From the human T2T-CHM13v2.0 reference genome, Homo sapiens, in the NCBI RefSeq assembly GCF_009914755.1, contig NC_060927.1: a DNA stretch of 64,000 nt; one strand, 5' to 3'. Under the pieces are notes generated by a model that ran no database searches, was not told where the DNA came from, and was given only the letters and a program-made list of their open reading frames with translations. The position numbers and the translations under genes are program-made. Shown piece by piece: positions 43,171 through 58,786 of the stretch; the stretch's first letter is position 1; every line of letters starts with the position of its first letter.

Positions 43171-44149
43171 TGAGCACCACAGCCCCCTCCTTGCCCCTTT
43201 CCTCTTCAACCATCTGAAGAAAGGGTTTTTTGGAAGGAAGGGAGGGAAAGAGGAAAGAGATCCACAATATTTGAAAAGTTCTGTACCAGCTAATCTCTAA
43301 AATCCCCGTTAGCCCTAACACTCAGAAATTCCTTCTATGTTTTAAAGATTTTTTAAAAAGGATCTAGAAGACTGAAAAGCAAATTAGAAGTCTTTTTGAT
43401 CAAAGCAGATAAGATAAAGTAGAAACTTACCCTATCTCCTAACCTTGTACAGAGACCTTTCCAGGTTGAGAGGCCAGCAAGGCTGGCAGCTGGAAAGAAA
43501 GCTACAGAATTCCCCAGGCAGCCTACAGGGCCCTGGGCTCTGGGCTGTGAGGTCTCAGCCTATACAGGTGCCAGCTTGTGCAACTGCCCCACACCCTGGC
43601 ATGAACCCACCCCTGATGCTGGCCAGACCCTCAGGCTGCTGCGAACAGAGCTGGCCCTCTGCCAACCCCCGGTGCTGGCCTCTCTGGACAGCCCAGCCTG
43701 GGACCCCGACTCCCCAGCACAGAGATGGTTGGCACCACCAGGATGTCAGATGTGGCTCTTGGCTTCAGCTCTCCTCATCCCCAGAGGCTCTGGTGATGAT
43801 GAACCTGGGGCAGGATATACTCAGTCCTCACTTCATGGCTTCTCCCCAAGAGGCCTCTGTCACCCTTGTCCTTGTGTTACCCTTCTGCAGTGTGAATCTG
43901 GACAGGCCACCCCACCTCTCTGACCTCAGAAGCCTTCCCTGCTCACAAGCCACTCAATTCACACATGGTTAATCAACAATATCGAGACATAATTCTTCCT
44001 CCTGGGCCCTGGGAGTCTCAGGGATGAACAGACAGGGTCACATGTCACACTGTGCTCAGTCAAGCTGTGTGGAGCCCACCTCAGGCCATCTGTGCAGGTG
44101 GGCTTTTGCATCAATCTAAGGCAGGAATCAGCTGGTAAGAGCATAGACT

Positions 44150-44506
<357 letters not shown>

Positions 44507-44783
44507 CTATCACTTTACCTCTCTGAGCTTCAGTTTTCCTATCTGTAAAATGGGGATCCTAACAGTACTGACTTTATGGGGCTAAATAGAGGATTAAATG
44601 AATATTTCTATGTCCTTGGAACCATGCCTGGGACGTAAGTCCTATATAACTATTAACACAGGATTTTTTGATGATGATGATGATGATGATAGTACCAGAA
44701 AAGCTATTTTATCAGCATTCAAGACTTCTGCCCCGTGATTTTGCTCTGTGAACTTCTGCTGTAAAGGTCTTCTGTGGAATTAA

Positions 44784-45315
<532 letters not shown>

Positions 45316-46893
45316 TTCTGGGACTTTTGGTTTCTGGGAACAAGTGAACAAATACTCAGTGAGGACCTGTTTTGTGCCGAGCACTCCCAGGGCACTATGA
45401 AGATGAGAGCTTGCTCCTAAGGGGCTCAGGTTCTGAGATGTGGCTGGAGGACAAACCCCAACATCACCCAAAAACAAAGCCAATTAGGGGAAACACAAAC
45501 ACAAGACGAGTTATAGACAAAGAGCTGTGGAAACCCAAGGAGGAAAGCCTTCCCAGTGCAGATGCTAGGAAGGATTAATGGATTTCAACAGGCATTCCAG
45601 CAGAGGAGGTAGCCTGAGGAAAGGTGAGGATACGTGCTGGATCTGAAGGGAAAGAAGAATACACTGTCAGCATATTTGCCCAAGACACCTGGCTGGTCAG
45701 TGAGTGAGCCGAGCTTTGAACCCAGGACTTTAACCACAGAATCCATACTCTTTCCATCCTCACACGGAGGGTGGCGTAGAGGCCAGAGTGAAACAGTAAA
45801 GAAGGATAAAGGCCCAATTAGACACAGCCTTAATGGGGTATTATGGCATTGGGACTCTAGTTTGGGGCAGCAGAGAGTCACTGAAAGTTTTGATCTTTGG
45901 GTGACCCAGTTTTAGAAGGATTATGCTGATGGCCTGGTGAAAGCACCCTATATGTGATCAGCGAATGGATAAGGAAAGAAAATAATGGCTTGATGGATGA
46001 GTAAATAGATGGAATGACACAGAAAGACAGACTAAAAATAGGTAGCTCAACTAGGATGCAATTGAGATGGCCCAGGAGAAAGATAACAGACGTCTGAGTA
46101 AGGCAGTGAGAGCTGAGAAGAGTTCTTGTGGAGGTGCAACCCCACCCCTCCTTCCCGTGTGGGTCCCTTCCCCAGAGCAGCCAGGGTGAGCTTTTGTAAA
46201 CATAACTGTGGTCACATCGCTCACATGCTTAAAACCTTCTCATTTCTCTCCAGTTAAAGTTCAAAGTCTTGTATAGGACCTGCAAGGTAGACCTAGACCC
46301 AGGCCAACTTTCCAGCCTCACATCACACCCCTCTCCCCATCTTTTGCTAAGCTCCAGCCACACTGGATTTCTTTTTGTTCCTTCACAGCACCAGGTTACA
46401 TCACACCCACTCCAGGTGTGTGCATGGGCTGTCGCCTCTCCTACAACATCTTCAGGCTCTCCCCAGCACCCCCTTCACTTGCTCACCTCAGTGACTCCAA
46501 CCCATCCTGCTGCAGGGCCCAGTCTAAATGTCACTTCCTCAGCAAGGCCTTCCTTAACCTGCCAGGCTGGGTTCAGCTCTCCTGTCACATGGTCTTAGCT
46601 CCCTGTGCTTTTTCATTGTGACCCTTTTTAGAGCTGTGATATGCTACTGGTCTGATATTAGTTTAGTACCCCTCTCCCCTACTTGAGTAACCAGTTGCTT
46701 CCACATCGCTAAACCCAGCAGCCAATTCCGAGCACTCATCCTACTCCATCTGTGCAGCACTGGCACTGTCACATGGCAGCAGAGGCCCTGCCTTCTCAGG
46801 CTCTCCCCCAGCTCCCATTACTGATTCCCTGTCCTTTCCCCAACCTCTATTCACTGGAGCGCCCCATCTCGGTCCTGCCACCACTTCTCTTCT

Positions 46894-48245
<1,352 letters not shown>

Positions 48246-49140
48246 TAAATGTTGTTCACCACAATTTACCCATCACCCAGTCAGAGCCTAACACACAGTA
48301 AATGCCCAAGAAAAATTTTTAAGCAGAGGACAAACGAGGGGCCAGCTTCACTGCAGCATTGACCTTTAGTGGGGCCTGTACACATTTTGCATGGAAAAGG
48401 TGTTCCTGAGATCTGTTGTAGTAAGTGGAAAAAAATATGTAACTTGACAAAGGGGCTGGTCCTACTTTAGGTATGGGCTGTGAACCCCTGAACTTTAAAT
48501 TTCTCATATTCTCTTTGCAAATTGGTAAATGAAAACCAAAGCCAAAGGACAATACTCGTGAACGCACTATAGAAAAGGCCCTTGCTTTTAGAACATCCCA
48601 GTTAGTCATTTGGCACAGAGCACGAGGGCTGCCGTCCAACACAATCCAGAGGCTCTGGTAGAAAGGGCTGCCCCAGCCAGTCGTGATCTTCAGACCAGGA
48701 GGGCGCCATAGGACCTGCAGCACAAAGCTCAGCTTGGCTTCAGAGTGGATTGGATTTTGCTGTTTCCCTCCCAGCAAGCAGTTCCTCTTGTTCTGCTTTA
48801 TTTAGAGTAATATTACAATTTGTTCCAATTCTCTGGGCTCACACTATATGAGGGTAAATGCAGGCAGCCTAGGGCCAGGATGAAGCCAGCCAAGCACACA
48901 CACACTGCTGACCATCTCTAGAGCAATCATAAGGTCCCAGTTCATATTCCACCATGTTCCACATCCTCAGGACATGTACTCACCACCTGCCCTTTAGCTG
49001 CTAACTTTGGAGACTGCCAAATGGTTTGCCTAAGCAAGTTCCTCAGTTGCCCTGCCCCCACTGCTGTGTTGATGCAAGCAGCAAAACACAGATCCAGGGC
49101 TGTACAGACAAAATTGTGATGCCCAAAAAGTGCTTGGAAA

Positions 49141-49262
49141 CTTCCATTCTTTTTTCTTTTTCCCACCTCCTCCTCCTCCTTCTCCCTGTTTTCTCTTCTT
49201 CCTTCTTTTCTCCCTCCTTCTCTCCTCCCTTCTTTTTTCTTCTCCTTTGCTTTGGTTGTTTC
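49141..49262. repeat. Polypyrimidine low-complexity tract
   Basis: About 120 nt, almost entirely C/T. Confidence 0.85.
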
Positions 49263-50570
49263 CTGAATAACTCTCTCTTTAATGCAGCAAAACATACCCA
49301 CATGGTTTTGCCTTTGGTGAAGACTTGCTTTGTGAAAGCTATAAAATGACAAGCCAAGCTCAGCCTCCACAGTTAAACCCAAAAGCATGGTGGAGGAAAG
49401 GGATTTTTGTCTCCTCTTTGAAGTGCTCCACTATTTTCCTTAGATGGCTGGCCCCATATCCACCCTTAGATAGGTGTTGAACTAATTCCAGACACTGAAG
49501 GAAATTCTTGTCTTCTGAAAAGACATTTTATCAACAATGGCATTTCTTCCTTACCTTATGATTCATACAGCAGTAAGTACTCAGAAAGTATCTGTTATGT
49601 ATGTTTTGTTTAAAAATAAACTTCAGAGAATTAATTGTGGCTAAGCAAATCTGGCATGAGCCAGTATACCTAGGCCTATAGTTGAGTCTTTGTCCTGAAA
49701 TGGCTTGAAGGTTCCAAGACATTAGCTGTTTTAATTGGAAGAAGCTATGACTTTCTTTTTTTCTCTCTCTTAATTAGTACCAGGGCCCAAATCCAAGTAC
49801 AGCCATTTAGTAGCCCGTAAATGTTTGCTTGTCCTTGGTAAGTGAAACCAAAACCCTGCCAAAGCCATACAGATTACCTTCTGGGCAGTGGATGGCCTAT
49901 TTCTAGGCTTTTCTGCTCCTGCAACTGAACATACAGACTGAAATTTTCATCTGTCACTTATTATGCAGTCACACAGAGATGCAGATCCATTCAGCTCAGC
50001 ATCACTAGTGCTATAAGAAATGGGGCAATAATTCTGACCAGGCTCTGGAAGGACTCAGAGCGGGAAGGAATTGGCCCTTGAAGCCTCTTGACAGGTCTGT
50101 TAGATCCTGACAGGTGGGTAGCAGGAAACAGGCGAGTGAGTCTAGGTGTATTCAGGAAGGAAAAGCAGAGAAGTTTCCCAGAAGTCTGTGAGAAAGAGGC
50201 AGGAAGTAGTCTGGGTGCAAGTGGACTGAGTTTTGCCACTAGTGCAGTGAGCCATGCACTGTATGTGTGTCATGCATGGCAAGTCCCCTCAGACTTTGAC
50301 AAGGAAAGCAGTACCATCTCTGGCAACCTGGGATTGGGGTGATTCCAGAAGCAGGGAACATTTTTTGAAAGCTGCTATAAAAATATGAAAGAACAGCACA
50401 AAAATTAAAATATACACCTACACACACACACACAAATTAATTAAAAGAATGGCATAGAGGGCTGTGCACCTCAGCATTAGCAGTAGGGATGATGAAAATG
50501 TGCACCAAGCCATCAGTGCTGAAATAAATGTTCCCATGTGTACATTTCTTTAAGAATGGCCACCTCTTAA

Positions 50571-50735
<165 letters not shown>

Positions 50736-50940
50736 CTACAGCAGGCATCACTTTGCCATTCCGTATTTTTCGTCTCTAAATTATAAATATACAAATATAT
50801 ATATTATAAATATAACCTTTGTGTAACCCTGACTTAATGAGAAACATTTTCAGCTTTTTTTCCTATGAATTGTCAACATCTTTTTTACAAGTGTGGTTTA
50901 AAAAAAAAAAAACTTTACAGAATGATCTGTGGCTTTATAA

Positions 50941-50946
50941 AATAAA
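50941..50946 (+). terminator. Candidate proximal polyadenylation signal of TMEM108
   Basis: AATAAA ~205 nt after the stop, with downstream gttgcattgattgcttctctt. Confidence 0.45.
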
Positions 50947-52498
50947 GGTATTTCTAAGCAAAGCAGTTGCATTGATTGCTTCTCTTAATAACTATTCTTG
51001 AGCACCTGGGGATCCCAGGAACCCTGGTCAGGTGAGGTAAGAGACTGACCTCCTGTAGAAGCTGAATGTTACAGTGGTCAAGCGCACGATTCTTTGAGTG
51101 ATTCTTAAAGCTCTGGTTCCTCTTGATTTGGTGTGACCCCATTTCCTCCCTTCTCATACGCACACCTGTAAAGGGAACTGGACCGCCTCAGGGGAAGACG
51201 GCAGACTCATGCACAGAGAAGGAAAAGGGAACATCTCATCACCTCCGAGGATGAGTACCCTGGAGCCTTATGACGGCACCATTGGATGTCATGTTTAATT
51301 CCATCCAAGTTGTGGATGGCAGGCAGGAGCATGGAGCCCTCAGGAATCCATGGAGGACATCAAGGCATCCCAAGGCCATATTCCCCTAACATTACTTCCA
51401 CTGCTAACAACAGGACTGCCTTTCCCTGGTGGGAAAATGCTCCCTTTATGCCCATTCCTGTATCCCCTCCAACACCCACATCTGCATTAAACACCCGTGC
51501 CTTTCTCTTGGAGAGGGTTTAGATGCAGATCCCGGCCCTGGAGCTTTAAAATGCTTGCCCTTCCTTCTTCAAGGATCAAATGTTTATTGGGGTTCAGCTT
51601 TGTTTTCTCAAAAGGCCATGGTATCGTGCCCCTGAGGAACATGTTTATCTAAGAAGCTTTGAGGTAGTAGAGCGATAATTTTTGAAACCTTCCTCCTGCA
51701 ATCTTTAAAAAAGAAAAAAAAGATTGCCCAAACAAATCATTTGGGAGAAGACATCATTATACTCCTACTTGGCACTGCAAACCTGCTCGCAGCACCAGCC
51801 GGTGGACTTGCCATCCAGCTCTCAGCTTCCACTGCTCCCCTTGTTCCCGGCCGGCTGGCTGCCTCCCCGTGCTGTGTCCAGCACGGCCAACAACGTCAGA
51901 CCCTCAGAGACGCCCAAGGGGCTTCCAGAGGTGGCCGCTTCTCTATTTTTTCCTGATTGTGGCTGAGAGAGATGATTACTGCTTTGACACTTCCTTTCTC
52001 TAAAAGAAAAATAGTTTGATAGTATATTTTGAATATAGATGCTCTTATAGTCAGATTGGGAATTGAACTTGAATATTGGGTCATATGTTTGTGTTGTTGC
52101 TGTAGTCTATCATGACTTTTTTCTTTCTGCATTTTCCTTAAAAAAAAAAAAAAGATGGCCTTCAAAAGTGTGTTCTCAATGTTGTATGAACCTCCTTCAC
52201 ATGAGTTCGGTTGTTGTCTCTCTTCAAAGACTCTTCAACCCACAAAGAAGCAACTAAATGTTTCTCTAAGTTTAATTTTCTAGCGTGTTGTTGTCTTACC
52301 TTTTTAACCTTACCATAATATTTCTGTTAACTGTTACATTTAATATACCAATGTGTGTAAGTATACAGAGAAAAATCTGTTTGTAAAGTAAAATTTATAT
52401 ATAATATATGTAATCAAAGATACATATGTTATATATACATATGTGGATGTATGACTTATTTTTCCTTATCCACAGATTTCAGCTACCATGTATATATA

Positions 52499-52504
52499 AA
52501 TAAA
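52499..52504 (+). terminator. Distal polyadenylation signal of TMEM108
   Basis: AATAAA preceded by TGTATATA and other TGTA motifs and followed by U/GU-rich sequence (ttctgttg, ttttgcattctttt). Confidence 0.8.
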
Positions 52505-54349
52505 CTTATTTTATTAGCCAGAGGATTCTGTTGCTAATACATTTTGCATTCTTTTCAAGATAAGCTCTAAGTCTTCCTTAAGCAGTACCAACACCACTTT
52601 ATATCCATCTGTATTTTTTAATCTGATTTAACAGTAAGTTGAGTTTTATGTATGTGATGAGCTAATAGGATTAGCAGTTTATCATTTGATAAAATAAATC
52701 TTTTTGAACATGTTTGCAGTTTCTCCAAAACAGACTCATCTTTCATCAGGTCTTTGGAGACAGTGGTGTCAAAGTACATCCCCCCCTCTTTCTCCCTGTC
52801 TCCAGGGCTGAGTGGATTTATATAGTAAATATCTTTGGTCCGGAGAAGTCTGAAGTTAACCTGGCCATTGAGTGTTACCATTCTGTAGAGAATAACAATG
52901 CCTAAACATGACACATTTGTGCACAACTTAATCAGTAGCCTGAACTTTTCATTCAGCCTTGGACAATACATCTTGGAATTCACAATAATGCAGATCCTCA
53001 GAACCAAGTCAGTGTCATCCGTATAGGAGGCTGTTACTGTAACACAGGCTCGCATGCCCCTTCTGGGTGCATCAGGGGTGGTGTTCACAGCATTAATGCT
53101 ACATCTGAATAAACAAGGACACTACTGGCCTTTACTTAATCCAATTGGTTCTTTCATCTGTTCATCAAATAGCCAACACTGATATTTATAAAATACCTCC
53201 CAGGCCATCTCAGAGAGACAAAGTGGAAGACAATAAAGAAAGGAAGGGTTGGAGTGTCCTGGTCAGTAGGAAGGAAGTGCACACAGGGTCCTCTAGTAGG
53301 CGACCAGGTTTTTTACCTCTACCTGCGTGACCTCAGGTAGGTACTCTGCTCTCTGGGTGGTGGGCAACAGGGAGGCTCCTAAGTAAGTCAGTGGCCCAGA
53401 GTTTGGAAGAGGTTGTCTGCCCCCAGCTCTGCTACTTTCTGGACATAGAACCTTGGGCAAGTCATTGCAGCTCTCGGGGTCCTCCTCACATAAGAGGACA
53501 GTGGCCAACTGTAGGACATGTCATTTTAGAGCTGTGAGGTACACAGCCCATATGGCAGTACCTGTCAACCCTGGACCTCCTTCCTCCTGAGGTTGAGTTG
53601 AGAATTCCACGAAATAAACCATAGGATTCATGCACACACCAGGCTGGATCTGCTACTCACTAGAGATTGACTCCCTTCTCCTTCTCTCACCTGAGGTACA
53701 TTCCTACATTACAGCATCTGGAAAAGTATCCAGCTCTGGGGTTTGGTGACCTGGTTTCTCCAGGGTAAAACTTATGTACAGAGGTTTTTAGGTCCATGTT
53801 GTCATCCTGTAACTGGGGGAACCTTTCTGATCCTAGAGAAGTGATTGAGGTGTGACCCTTGGTGGCTTAGTGGATGCCAAGGTCAATAATTAAAACCCAG
53901 GGGTGTCATCATATCCTAACTTGGGGCACCCTTGGAGAGGCTTACCAGAAAACACCCTCTTTGTTGTTTTTATTTCTCAGTTTTCCAACAGATGGAGAAG
54001 CAGAGGTGTAGGGAGTGGCCGGAACATGTGTGGGATCTGAATTTGCCCAAGGTCCTTATCTGGTGCATCAGAGAGTTAAAGGCCCAAGCCAATGTTCAGA
54101 CAGTGAGGTCCAGAGGGAGGAAGCATCCTGGCCAACAGCAAGCAGCTGATGAACAGCAGAGCATTAGAGGACAGAGATGAGGAGGAAAGGAGAGAGGTGA
54201 GGGAAGGACCTGAAGCTGCTGCCAGGACTGAGAGAGGAAACCATAGGCAAGTCTTTTCTCTTGGGTCCCTGGAGCTGCCTCCTGCCATTTTTCATCCTCT
54301 ATTGCCTGTGTGGACATGTGTTCACATTCACATGTGCCAGCACACATAG

Positions 54350-54500
54350 GGATGTAGAAAGCCCTGAAATAGCTAGATTGAGTCCTAGCTTGTAATCTGA
54401 GGTCTGGGGCAAGTGATCAGTACACTTGTCATCTGAGGTCCTTGAGCCTCAGTTTACTCATCTGTAAAATGGGGTTGCTTGATGCCTGCCTTGCCCACTT
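54350..54500 (+). mobile_element. MIR SINE upstream of BFSP2
   Basis: gagcctcagtttactcatctgtaaaatgggg. Confidence 0.75.
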
Positions 54501-54509
54501 AGGTAGTAA

Positions 54510-54833
54510 AATGCACAAACCCAAATGGTCTACCTCCACAGCCTGCACTGATCCAGCCTCCCCCACCACCAGCAGAATAATCTGGGAGGTTGGGCACATG
54601 ACCCTGCATCAAAGAATGCATGAGTGCCTCTCTGCACACAGCCCTGGGCAGTGCCCATTTCTCTTTCAGCTCAGTGAATGATGGAAACTCATGGAAGACA
54701 GCAGACAAAGCAGCCCCAGGGATAGGGGAGATTCCAGAGAGGCCCGTGACCAGGCCACAGGGATGCTGGGGCTGTAAACCAAAAGCCACTGGACTCTGTA
54801 AACCCACTGGGCACCACAGAGGCAGAAGGGGTG
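54510..54833 (+). promoter_or_regulatory. BFSP2 proximal promoter and 5'UTR (TATA-less, no CpG island)
   Basis: Unique sequence directly upstream of the BFSP2 ATG and downstream of a MIR. The TSS cannot be fixed from sequence alone. Confidence 0.6.
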
Positions 54834-55322
54834 ATGAGTGAGAGGCGAGTGGTAGTGGACTTGCCCACCAGTGCCAGCTCCAGCATGCCCCTCCAGAGGC
54901 GCAGGGCGTCCTTCAGGGGGCCACGGTCATCATCCTCCCTGGAGAGCCCCCCAGCCTCCAGGACCAATGCCATGAGTGGCCTTGTCCGAGCACCCGGGGT
55001 CTATGTAGGAACAGCACCCAGTGGGTGCATAGGTGGCTTGGGTGCCCGTGTGACCCGCCGGGCCCTCGGCATCAGCAGTGTCTTCCTTCAGGGCCTGCGG
55101 AGCTCAGGCCTGGCCACCGTGCCGGCTCCAGGTTTGGAGAGGGACCATGGTGCTGTTGAGGACCTAGGGGGCTGCCTGGTGGAATATATGGCCAAAGTGC
55201 ACGCCCTTGAGCAAGTCAGTCAGGAGCTGGAAACACAACTGCGGATGCACCTGGAGAGCAAAGCCACACGCTCGGGAAACTGGGGTGCCCTACGGGCTTC
55301 CTGGGCCAGCAGCTGCCAGCAG
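54834..55322 (+). CDS. BFSP2: BFSP2 (phakinin/CP49, lens beaded filament protein 2) coding exon 1: head domain and coil 1A
   Basis: ATG at 54834; reads [30 protein letters not shown]...[28 protein letters not shown]...ASSCQQ. The exon is 489 nt and ends at the canonical donor CAG|GTAAGT at 55323 (phase 0). Confidence 0.97.
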
Positions 55323-55459
55323 GTAAGTGTCCAGGCTGTGCCAAGGGCTTTGCAGAGGGCTGGGAGGGGCTGCTGAAGGCAGCGGGTAGGGTTGTGAGTA
55401 GGCTGAGGCCAGAGAAACTGACCATAATCCCCTACACTTTCACACTTAAAATGGTAATG

Positions 55460-55700
55460 ATAACAACAATGCTACCTTTTACCGAGGTTTACTAGGAGCC
55501 CACGCTAGCCCCCATACGTGCACTACCCACTATCTTCTTTAAACTTCAAAGAAATGCTATGCAGTGGATCATTCACTGATTGCATTTTTCAGATGAGAAA
55601 CTGAGGCGTGTAATTTGCCCAAGACTTCAAAGCTAGTAGAGGGATGGAGATGAGATTTGAACCTGAATTTTTGTGCCTCCAAAGTTGCATTTGCCCCATT
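55460..55700 (-). mobile_element. MIR SINE
   Basis: ttttcagatgagaaactgaggc...atttgcccaag. Confidence 0.75.
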
Positions 55701-55835
55701 ACCCTGGGGCTGCCTCAGTCACCTTTACTGTTGAGAAGGGATTTTTACAGCTATTATCCAATCAAATACCATTGGATGGATGAGGTGTTAAGAACAATGA
55801 ATAAATGGAGGTGTGTTCCTGTATCCACCTACAAC

Positions 55836-56212
55836 CACGCTGTTCAATAGAAATATGAACTACATTGGTAATTGACAAGTTTCTATTACCCACAGTAAAA
55901 CACGTAAAAAGAAGCAGGTGAAGTTAATATTATAGCTTATTTAACTCTATATGTCCAGAATGTTATTTCAACATGTAATCAATACAAAATATATTAATGA
56001 GGTAATTTACATTCAAGTAGAGCTTTCTGCGTGATGGAAATATTAATATCTTATATCTGCACTGTCCAATCTGGCAGCCACTAGCCATATATGGCTATCA
56101 AGCACTTGAAATGTGGCTAATGAGACTGAGGAATTGCATTTTTATTTTATCTAATTTTCATTAATTTAAATGTAAACAGCCACAGGTAGCTAATGGCTAT
56201 CTTATTGGACAG
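55836..56212. mobile_element. Adjacent MER33-like and MER3-like MITEs
   Basis: gctgttcaatagaaatat; ctgcactgtccaat...agccactagccat...ttggacag. Confidence 0.75.
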
Positions 56213-57376
56213 GGAAGGATGCAGAGGTTTCATCTTTCTCCCTTGCTTGGTCAGCCCTGCTTTTCCCACTCTCCAGGGTGATTTCTGCGGAGTCTGGAGC
56301 ACATCCATCATGTCTGGCCTGCAGCCTGTAGTTCTAATGCTGGGACTCCAGCCAGCATTACACCTCTCAGCTGGTCTCTCTGTGGATAGCTGGCTTCACC
56401 TCTCCTCCTCCTCTTTCTCTCCAGATGCTGGCCTTGGGATCCCTCTGAGCAAAATCAGTCTCTAACCCACCAGGGACTGCCAACTCAGACCCTTGGCCCC
56501 CTGGAGTCCAGTATGCAGCCTCCCAAGAGGAGGTCACAAAATTTTATTTGTGTATAGCTGGGGGAAGCTAAGCAGTTGCACACAGGGACTCCCCATTTGC
56601 CCCTCCTGCCTCCCACTTCATCCCAGGATGCTTCTCCTGCACTGCTGTCAGTGCCCACTGACAGCACAGAGTGCATGATGAACAGCACCATCCTCTCAGG
56701 CTCTCCCCCTGGTGCTGCTGTTCTGCTTGCATCCATCTGGGCTGCAAGGGAGAGCCATCTTAGAACAGTCCAGGGCCTTAACGCCTGTCAAATCTAAGAG
56801 GCAGCCATTCCTCCAGGATTCTTCACAACTGTCCTTATTCCAAATATTGTGCCATAACAACCACCAGAACATCCCTAGATACTCCAATATGTCAGCATCT
56901 GCTGGACAATCGCTTGCAATCAGATGCCACACAGACTTGTCAGGAGAAATCAGGTATCCCAATGGCTAGGTTAAAAAGTAGGGCCACAAAACTTAGTTTA
57001 TACTCAATAGATACTGACTTGTTCTGGCTCCAGATAGCTACAAGAGCCTTTGCAACTTACTAACTTCTCTGGGCCTCAGTTTCATTATCTACAAAATGGG
57101 TATAACAATGCTTACATATTCCAGCAAATCTGTAGACAAATAAGAGCCTGGCTCCTGCTTACAGGTAGAGTACAGACTAGGAAGCTCTAAAATCCTGTGA
57201 GAGCACCACAGCCACACACCAAGACATGCGACCTCTGTAGTTGAGGGTCAGGATCCCACATGGGCTCACTTTCCTCTTAAGTGACTATAAATGAGGGCCT
57301 GGGTATGAATAAAGTTCTCTTTTTCTTCTTTTTTAAAAAATCATGGACTTGAAGATAGAGTAAGACCAATTGATAA

Positions 57377-57692
<316 letters not shown>

Positions 57693-58786
57693 TGGAGTTA
57701 CTTTTTCTATATTGCACAGCCCAGCCTTTCAGCCATATTAAACTCTATTCCATCAAGAAGAACAAAAGAAAACTCCATAATTGAGAAATGCTCCTGATTT
57801 TTTCAGTGAATCTGGCCTCGTGGAGCTGCAGGAGGCCCCCACCAGGCCCCCACCCCTTTCCAGGCCTAGAGGAAAGGCCACCTCCCAGCCCAGTCCTTCC
57901 ACAACACGCTGCCTTCATCTCACTTGGGGTCAGAGGCAGCCACTCTGCGGTCCTGGGCCCCAGAAATCCAGAGCTCTCTCCCTCTGCCCTCACTTAGGCC
58001 ACTCTGGCTGGGGCTTCATGCCCACCTTTCCAGACTCTGGGCTCTGGTGTTCCGTGCTCCTCACAGCACTCCTTACCCCTCCTGTTTCTCCACCTGCAGC
58101 TGCCTCTTCCCCCCCTTGTCCACAGAACTCCTCCTGGTCCTGCAGCTCAGTTCCATGGCAACCCTCTGTGACTCCTCAGGGCCCATGCAGGGCCTGAGGC
58201 CTCAGAGCAAGCTCTCAGCAACTGAGCCCCAAGTTGGCACCTAGAGAGAAATTCGACCTCCTTAGCCTGGGCCCCAAACAGAGAATCCAAGAGAGACCTC
58301 AGTCACTCAATAGCACGGTGGGGATGTCCATTTTGGTGGCACTTTCTTGGATCAGGCTGGAGCAAGCAGTGGGGAAGGTCAGAGCAGGCAACAATTTCCA
58401 TAAATGTTTGGGAAACAACATTTCCTCTTGCTTTCAGAGGGGGAGAAGAGTTGGAAAGGAGACAGGCTCTCCTCCCTGCCATCACCACCCCAGCTAGCAC
58501 AGAAAGCTCCTGGGGCCATTCTGGGGAGTGGGGGCCCCCTGTCCCCTGGAATCTCCCCACAGCCTGTCTCACCCCCACCCAGAGGAGACAAAGACAGGTT
58601 TTCAGAAAAGCCAGGAAGAGGAGCCAGGAGGAGGGAAACAATTGCTGTCACTGTGCAGAGAGTCACATCATGGAAAGCAACACGAAACTAGGGTGCCAGG
58701 AGGGCTCACACCATGGCAGAATCAGGAAGGCCGTCCTGGGGAGGGGGGATCTTCCTCATCCTTATATCACTATGTAAGTTTGGGGC

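Larger units (their letters stand above)
50736..52522 (+). other. TMEM108: TMEM108 3'UTR (long form; end approximate)
   Basis: Largely AU-rich sequence with no recognisable interspersed repeat, running from the stop to AATAAA at 52499-52504, which is preceded by several TGTA motifs. Confidence 0.85.

Noticed and set aside
43445-43972. 175-aa ORF in the intron
   Set aside because: GC-rich with a non-ATG start and no recognisable domain or splice support.
48690-48710. CTCF-like gaccaggagggcgcc
   Set aside because: Too many mismatches in the 5' half of the core to call from sequence alone.
48942-49388. Lys/Glu/Arg-rich and Ser/Phe-rich ORFs
   Set aside because: Translation of a polypyrimidine low-complexity tract.
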